Of a stretch of 42,477 bases of DNA, positions 35,792 through 42,477 are shown one piece after another (the first letter of the stretch is position 1; every line of letters begins with the position of its first letter). The notes under the pieces were generated by a model. The model searched no databases, was not told the origin of the DNA, and worked only from the letters and a program-made list of their open reading frames with translations. The stretch comes from Priapulus caudatus (Eukaryota). The stretch spans positions 1,006,834 to 1,049,310 of the forward strand of contig NW_014577073.1 in NCBI RefSeq assembly GCF_000485595.1, in the 5' to 3' direction. Both the position numbers and the translations under genes were made by a program.

Positions 35792-38467
35792 CTGCAAATA
35801 ACATGGCATTAACTCAACAGTGCACACACAAGAAAGTAGAAACCTGGAGGAGGAAGAGGAGGGCGAGGGAAGTAGAAGAAGAGAGCAGTAGAACCACAAG
35901 AAGAACTCGCGGGTGAGGCTGTAGCCTTACACCAGACCCAAATTCAGTAAGCCCCAATGATATGGCACATACTGCTTCTAAAAGTTTGTCTTCACTATTC
36001 ACTAAGTAGAATTTGTTTTGCAACCACACCCATCAAAATCTTTATGGCGAAGAACTTACCAGCGTCATAGCAGTGACCCGCTCATCGTTGAGGGGGAAAA
36101 GAGGTGGATCATCTCCAACCTGGAAGTCCAGGTAGACAAGCTTGTGTGTGAACGTCGAGAACTCGTTACTGAAGCAAACTGGACAGAAAACGATTATGCT
36201 TACACACGTGATAAGATCTGACATGTACCAAAGAAAAACAATTATCGCAGGATTCTGAATTGCATTCAAGCAGCCATCACGTTCTTATATTTACTCTCAC
36301 TAATAGGAGGTTGGCAAAGAAGAAATGTAAAAAAATATAGCAATGGCTGTGGAACGCAATGCATTGTTTAGAATAATGTGCCAAAAGCTAGGCGACTCCT
36401 CTTCGTTCTTTTCTATTTCCCTAATCTGAAAGGTAAGTTAAAAGTGATTTCTTCATCCTTTTCCTGTACCTACCTGAAAAATGAGCCAAAAGCGATTGGC
36501 TCGAGCTGCGAACATGCAAGCTTTATATAGCCCCCAGCCAGCTGGCACGCTGTCAGCCAGCAACCCCCCCCCCATGCCGTCCGGTCCATGCATGGTGCAA
36601 TCCCCTCTCCCGCACCTTCCAGTACCAGAGTTGTGTCGACCCGCACCAGCATGCTGCAATCCTTGCTTTATGGCATGCCTTATATGTTTAGCCACCAGAA
36701 ATCTCCACAATAGGCCAACAGTCTTCCCACGTAGCCAAGCATACTGTGTTTCAAGACTTTTACTACTGGGGCGACTACAAAATGAAGTAGATGTGTTTCA
36801 ACAAGTAGTTAAGAATATTAGGTAACTATATTCTCAAAATCATTAGCCAAGATTATAAGCATCATTACCATACTGGTATCTTGGCATAGAATATTGGCTA
36901 AATTTATACCTCAATGACAACCAAAAATGCAAACATTTATGCCATACCTGTGTAGACGCCAGGCTGGTTTGTTGTCCATGTAAAACTGTCGTACTGTTTC
37001 TTTACAACGTTGTACAAGATTTCTTTATTAGGAGCCTCGACGTGCATGTCTACATCATACTGACCACCTGTTACTACCTGTACAATGACACAATACAATC
37101 TTTAAAATGATCGGGTCAGTCTCATCATGAAGCCTCCTCATAACGAATATATTTCATCGGCAATGGACTATAAAAAAGAGTAACATTTAGCAAGTTGCCA
37201 GGTCACACTGTAGATTTCAGCATTAAACATTTCTATTTTACAATTAATTAAATAAGAGAACTTCTGTATGAAATGGCAGAAACAAATTTTGAACAGATCC
37301 TTAGAAGAGGGCATGACTATAGTATATGCCAAGACCCCTAGTATTAATCACTGGCAGCAAGAACAAGCCCGCACGTACAGCACACACGTGCCCATTGACT
37401 ATATAATAACAACATAGTGCCCAACTCGCCGCCGCAGTTTCCACAACTCACCGTTTTCAATCAGTTACAACTCCGGTGTTCCTGCAGGTGACGCCACTTT
37501 CCAACTATCGTTGGAATCGCGGAAGACTGCTGAACAAGCTACACCCGCCATTTTTGACAATTGGCCCGCCAGAATGCGCTCAAATCACAGAAATTCCTCA
37601 AATATACATGCTAAATGAAACTTCGGATGCTACCAGGCAAACGGGCGGCATGCCCAACCGCTGGCGGGTGCGCTGATTGGCTGCAGCAAGTTTAACATGC
37701 AGACAGGCTGCGAAAATACGTTTGTTGACATCGCGGGTGAGTCATGTTAGACGGACCCTCTGTCTCGCTGTACGCTCGTAGATCTGTATTGCCTATCGGG
37801 ATGCGGGTTCGTCTATTACTGGGCGAAGTACAAAGCGCCAGCGGTTGGGCATGCCGCCCTTTTGCCTGGTAGCATCCGAAGTCTCATTTCGCATGTATAT
37901 TTGAGGAATTTCTGTGATTTGAGCACATTCTGGCGGGCCGATTGTCAAAAATGGCGGGTGTAGCTTGTTCAGCAGTCTTCCGCAATTCCAACGATAGTTG
38001 GAAAGTGGCGTCACCTGCTGGAACACCAGGGTTGTAACTGATTGAAAATGGTGAGTTGTGGAAATTGCGGCGGCGAGTTAGGCACCATGTATATATAGTC
38101 AATGGCGGCGTGTATGCTGTACGTGCGGGCTTGTTCTTACTGCCAGTGGTTTGCACAAGTCGTTGTTGATAAGTCGTTGTTTTATTGCCTTAATTTGGTG
38201 AGCTATTCGTATTCGATAATAGCTGCAAAATGACACATGTCACAGGGATCAGAAAACTAGACTTAAAAAACGTGTTTTGGCGATAATAAAATATTATAAA
38301 TCATAGGCCTACTGAACCTGAAACTCCACTGTGCATTGCACTCCTGTATCGATAACTTCGTGAAAGCATTGCTTCGCAGAATCTGGTAACTCAAAAGTGA
38401 GTTCCGATGCCGTAACCGCCGACAAGAGAAACAAGCCGCAGAACGTAATGTACGTGAACTTGTTCAT
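35558..38467 (-). CDS. TMED7: p24 gamma-subfamily cargo receptor (transmembrane emp24 domain protein, TMED7/TMED3-like), 4 exons, 210 aa
   Basis: Exons (minus) 38467-38318, 37077-36948, 36178-36060, 35791-35558, all GT-AG. Signal peptide [24 protein letters not shown] domain [15 protein letters not shown]...[10 protein letters not shown]...KKQYDSF...[28 protein letters not shown]; coiled coil [22 protein letters not shown] segment; tail RSFFSEKK. Closely matches remembered human TMED7 motifs; TMED7 vs TMED3 orthology needs a tree. Confidence 0.95.
36060..36178 (-). CDS. TMED7-like exon 3 ([39 protein letters not shown])
   Basis: TTTTCTGTCCAG acceptor, CTG|GTAAGT donor. Confidence 0.95.
36948..37077 (-). 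CDS. TMED7-like exon 2 ([43 protein letters not shown])
   Basis: TTGTACAG acceptor, G|GTATGG donor, phase 1. Confidence 0.95.
37346..38151. mobile_element. Long inverted repeat / foldback element in TMED intron 1 (arms about 37346-37666 and 37836-38151)
   Basis: The arms are near-identical reverse complements over about 320 bp with a ~170-bp spacer; near-identical ORFs 37476(+) and 38026(-) in the ORF track confirm this; no TSD found. Confidence 0.8.
38318..38467 (-). CDS. TMED7-like exon 1 (signal peptide + GOLD start, 50 aa)
   Basis: ATG at 38467; ...TVEFQ with CAG|GTTCAG donor. Confidence 0.93.
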
Positions 38468-38587
38468 AGTATAACTAGGTGTGCATAAACTATTTCTAAA
38501 GTTACAACCGATTAGAAAAATCTACGAAAACTAGGAAACTACAACACGACTATCGTGTCGGTAATGTTTTGATCATTCCGGGGTACG

Positions 38588-38596
38588 TGACGTGGC
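38588..38596. promoter_or_regulatory. UPRE/CREB3(CrebA)/XBP1-type site TGACGTGGC in the TMED promoter, beside an ETS-like TTCCGG (38576-38581)
   Basis: Exact TGACGTGG about 120 bp upstream of the TMED ATG. Confidence 0.5.
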
Positions 38597-39116
38597 GGCC
38601 GGTGTTCACTTGTTACTGTGCTCTACTTTTTTAAGTTTGTATAATTATATAACCACATATTTAAGCTTTTATTCACCGTACGCTGGCAGCTATATTTAAT
38701 TTCAAGTTTACTTACACTCTAATATTTAAAGTTCGTCATACAGTCGTACATTCGTAACAATTATATGCCATCGTCATCGTTAAGAGTTTTCTCAGTTGGT
38801 TCTAATATGCACTCATTGACACATACGAAGTTCCACGCGGCATATCCACTCATCCCGGGCTCCTCCCGAACATGGTGCATGTACAAATCGTGCATGCCAT
38901 AATCCTACGAAGTTAATTAGTGTGGGGATTTCAGGGGGGAGTGAAGAGTTGTGGAGATGTCAGGGGGGATGACGTCATACAACCAGATGAGACGGGATAC
39001 TAGAGAAGCGTTGCCGAAAGGAGGTGTTAATCCCAAGCGCTATACGCGCAGATCCTGCGCGCAGTTCCGCGGCAAGGCGCACGCGACCGCGGCAACGTCG
39101 CGCGCGACTACGCACT

Positions 39117-39179
39117 GCTGGCAGCTATGGATCCGTGCGCCGAATGCATACGTCGGCGCACGGATCCATAGCTGCCAGC
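39117..39179. repeat. Perfect 27-bp hairpin, 9-nt loop
   Basis: GCTGGCAGCTATGGATCCGTGCGCCGA-atgcatacg-TCGGCGCACGGATCCATAGCTGCCAGC. Confidence 0.9.
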
Positions 39180-39526
39180 GAGGTAGTCGACAATTTTAGC
39201 GGCCAGATACATGAACTGCGGCCGCACCCCGGTGCAGGTGGAATTGGGGAATTTGCAAGTGAATGATTAAGGGAACATGAACAACAGTACGAGTGAAACG
39301 TACACTTTCGTGGTGTCTTCTTTGATTTACCAGGCATGTACTCCGTCATGTGTGCTACCTCGAATAGCCTGGAAGCGAGTGTTAGCGTTTCGAAAACACT
39401 GAATGTGCATCTGTTCACCCAAGTCTGAATGCTAACTACGAAAAACCTCACATCATTTCAAGGTAAGAGATAGGCCACTCAAACGGCACCGGTACTGGTG
39501 CCGATTTGCCTCTGCACGCATCGCAC

Positions 39527-40500
39527 NNNNNNNNNNNNNNNNNNNNNNNNNNNNNNNNNNNNNNNNNNNNNNNNNNNNNNNNNNNNNNNNNNNNNNNNNN
39601 NNNNNNNNNNNNNNNNNNNNNNNNNNNNNNNNNNNNNNNNNNNNNNNNNNNNNNNNNNNNNNNNNNNNNNNNNNNNNNNNNNNNNNNNNNNNNNNNNNNN
39701 NNNNNNNNNNNNNNNNNNNNNNNNNNNNNNNNNNNNNNNNNNNNNNNNNNNNNNNNNNNNNNNNNNNNNNNNNNNNNNNNNNNNNNNNNNNNNNNNNNNN
39801 NNNNNNNNNNNNNNNNNNNNNNNNNNNNNNNNNNNNNNNNNNNNNNNNNNNNNNNNNNNNNNNNNNNNNNNNNNNNNNNNNNNNNNNNNNNNNNNNNNNN
39901 NNNNNNNNNNNNNNNNNNNNNNNNNNNNNNNNNNNNNNNNNNNNNNNNNNNNNNNNNNNNNNNNNNNNNNNNNNNNNNNNNNNNNNNNNNNNNNNNNNNN
40001 NNNNNNNNNNNNNNNNNNNNNNNNNNNNNNNNNNNNNNNNNNNNNNNNNNNNNNNNNNNNNNNNNNNNNNNNNNNNNNNNNNNNNNNNNNNNNNNNNNNN
40101 NNNNNNNNNNNNNNNNNNNNNNNNNNNNNNNNNNNNNNNNNNNNNNNNNNNNNNNNNNNNNNNNNNNNNNNNNNNNNNNNNNNNNNNNNNNNNNNNNNNN
40201 NNNNNNNNNNNNNNNNNNNNNNNNNNNNNNNNNNNNNNNNNNNNNNNNNNNNNNNNNNNNNNNNNNNNNNNNNNNNNNNNNNNNNNNNNNNNNNNNNNNN
40301 NNNNNNNNNNNNNNNNNNNNNNNNNNNNNNNNNNNNNNNNNNNNNNNNNNNNNNNNNNNNNNNNNNNNNNNNNNNNNNNNNNNNNNNNNNNNNNNNNNNN
40401 NNNNNNNNNNNNNNNNNNNNNNNNNNNNNNNNNNNNNNNNNNNNNNNNNNNNNNNNNNNNNNNNNNNNNNNNNNNNNNNNNNNNNNNNNNNNNNNNNNNN
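39527..40500. other. Assembly gap (N)
   Basis: Run of N. Confidence 1.
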
Positions 40501-40507
40501 GTGTGTG

Positions 40508-40555
<48 letters not shown>

Positions 40556-40820
40556 TGCGTGTGTGTGTGTCCGTGTGCGTGCGTGTGTGCGTGTGTGCGT
40601 GCGTGCGTGCGTGTGCGCGCGTGTGTGTGTGCGTGTGTGTGTGCGTGGGTGTGTGTGTGTGCATGGACACAACCGCTGTAAAATGTCGGCAGCAGCACGC
40701 GCTCTCTCGTTACGTGGCGTACGCACGCACGCACGCACGCACACACATGCACACACACACATGCGATGTGCGTGCGCATCTGCCTGAGTGTGTGGTGGCG
40801 TACGCGCACACATACACACA
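40501..40820. repeat. (TG)/(TGCG) then (CGCA)/(CA) microsatellites next to a gap
   Basis: Read directly. Confidence 0.9.
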
Positions 40821-42477
40821 TTGTACAATGTATATATTGTTCTCAGTCCTGGATGTACGTCCAAAACTTACCGTGTAAACAGATTCACCGTTGCGTCTTA
40901 AATGAAAGTACAAAGAAGTAGGCCCTACGTACGTTACAGCGCAGCGGCCTCAGTAGTTATTGAGATAAAGTTTTATCTCATAATCCTGATATACCACCGG
41001 TCTGGATTTCCACTGCCGCATTATATGGCCATGTCAAAGTTTCGCGTTTTCTTTTTTGACCCCGTAGGCGCGCCGCGGGGCCGACCGATACGCATTTTTG
41101 CCATGCTACTTACATGCTCAGCCTCGACACTAAACGGTTTGTCCCGAAATTGCCCCGGGACAAGTGAAAGTCATATGTCGAACAAGCCCTATTCTTTCTT
41201 TGCCCTTAGTTGCCCGATCGACAACTCACAAAGCTTCTAGTTGTTTATATTTCCTAAACATCCTCCTGAACGCCAGGGCGCCTATCGCCGTCCCTACATT
41301 CTCACTTTCAAACGTTTTTCAAAGGTCCATGAAAAAAAGCAGCCGCAACACCACCTGCTTACCATTACACATTTATTCAGAGCGAATACGCATACCTCCC
41401 TGGCCGGGCGGCATTGATTATGTACTGGGGTGGGGGTTACGATTGTTATAAGCGGTTGGAGGGTGCAATATTCGTGTGGGCATTCGCTGGATGAGAGGAC
41501 GACAGGCACAAACTCATCCTCTCTTCTTCCCTCGTGATAATGAGGAAAAAGCTGCAATCCGCGTAAATAATGACAGCACAATCGAGCGTGCCAGCACGCA
41601 AACATAAACGTTCCGTAAAATTTCATGACGATTTTAACATGTACTGGATTACACGTGTATAAGGTATTAATTCATCGTATTATTATAAGCTCACCCCATA
41701 TTTGCCCATTGAAAAAGGTTGTACAAACATGGTTACATAACATAGATTTCTGCGCCTCGTCTATAAAGTCGCACCCCCTGATTCTTTCTTTATTGAAGTT
41801 GGCTGCTACATAAAAGCGCGGTATACACAAGTAATTACGTATATATAGCTGCTAAGTGTAATACGCACACACGTCATAGCCAAACGCGGCCAGGCACCAT
41901 GCCCTAGGTATGTGCGAGCACTATATTGCACGCAGCGCGAATTTTTAAAAAAAAAAAAAAGCCTTGCGCAAAAATATCACCGGCAGTGTTTACAATATAT
42001 ATATATCTTACATCTATCTCATATACCCTAGTGGTTGGTTATATGTATATAGTATCTATTTATATAATTAATAGGTCTCTATATTATACACTCCTGCATA
42101 ATATGTATTTGCAACCTGAACCAAAAGCAGGACTCGCTAGTAGAGTGCACAAGTAAATTTTGGACGAGCTAAAATCAAAATTCGGACAAGTAAAAATTGC
42201 TTCTTGTTGCCCGACAGGACAACCAGATTTGAAAGTAAGCGTCGAGGCCTGATGCTGCCAGCGTGGCGCCTACAGCAAAAACGTGTTCTCCCCCTAGGGT
42301 GGAGGGACACACCCCTGATTGCTGTTGTCTGATTGGCCACTTGGCAAAAAAACGTCCAACCCGCCTGCTCCGAGTTAAGGCCTATTACACGATGCGTTTT
42401 GGACGTATCGATTGCGTTAATTACACGAATGCGTCCTAGACGCGCATCCAGGACTTATCCGATTTGCACGTAGTCAG

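Noticed and set aside
37476..38156. Duplicated small protein ([13 protein letters not shown]...) on opposite strands
   Set aside because: The two arms of an intronic inverted repeat; no recognisable domain
39448..40878. ORFs of 390-460 aa
   Set aside because: Almost entirely N gap plus (TG)n
42140..42477. Possible transposon ends (GTCGAGGCCTG; TAAGGCCTATTACAC)
   Set aside because: Partner termini not found within the window

Overview
Draft-assembly DNA from an animal, probably an invertebrate (spliceosomal introns, microsatellites, MITEs, three N gaps); the species cannot be identified from sequence alone. Bases 1-22,500 are CpG-rich and essentially non-coding: micro/minisatellites, small non-autonomous DNA-transposon derivatives and a few weak exon-like signals. 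The right half holds two convergent multi-exon genes that I reconstructed by hand in a continuous reading frame. (1) A + strand 16-exon PSIP1(LEDGF)/HDGFL2/JASPer-family gene (22717-33423, about 766 aa; N-terminal PWWP, C-terminal integrase-binding/TFIIS-N-like domain) with one GC-AG intron. (2) A - strand 4-exon p24-gamma gene (TMED7/TMED3-like, 38467-35558, 210 aa). Most ORFs in the supplied track are repeat or gap artefacts. I see no convincing new biological system. The best leads are a ~320-bp-arm inverted repeat in TMED intron 1, a perfect 27-bp hairpin and a UPRE/CREB3-type site upstream of TMED, tiny TAG...CTA palindromic elements with 9-10-bp TSDs, a Helentron/DINE-1-like element with two 3' ends, and substitutions at the PWWP cage and IBD binding loop.
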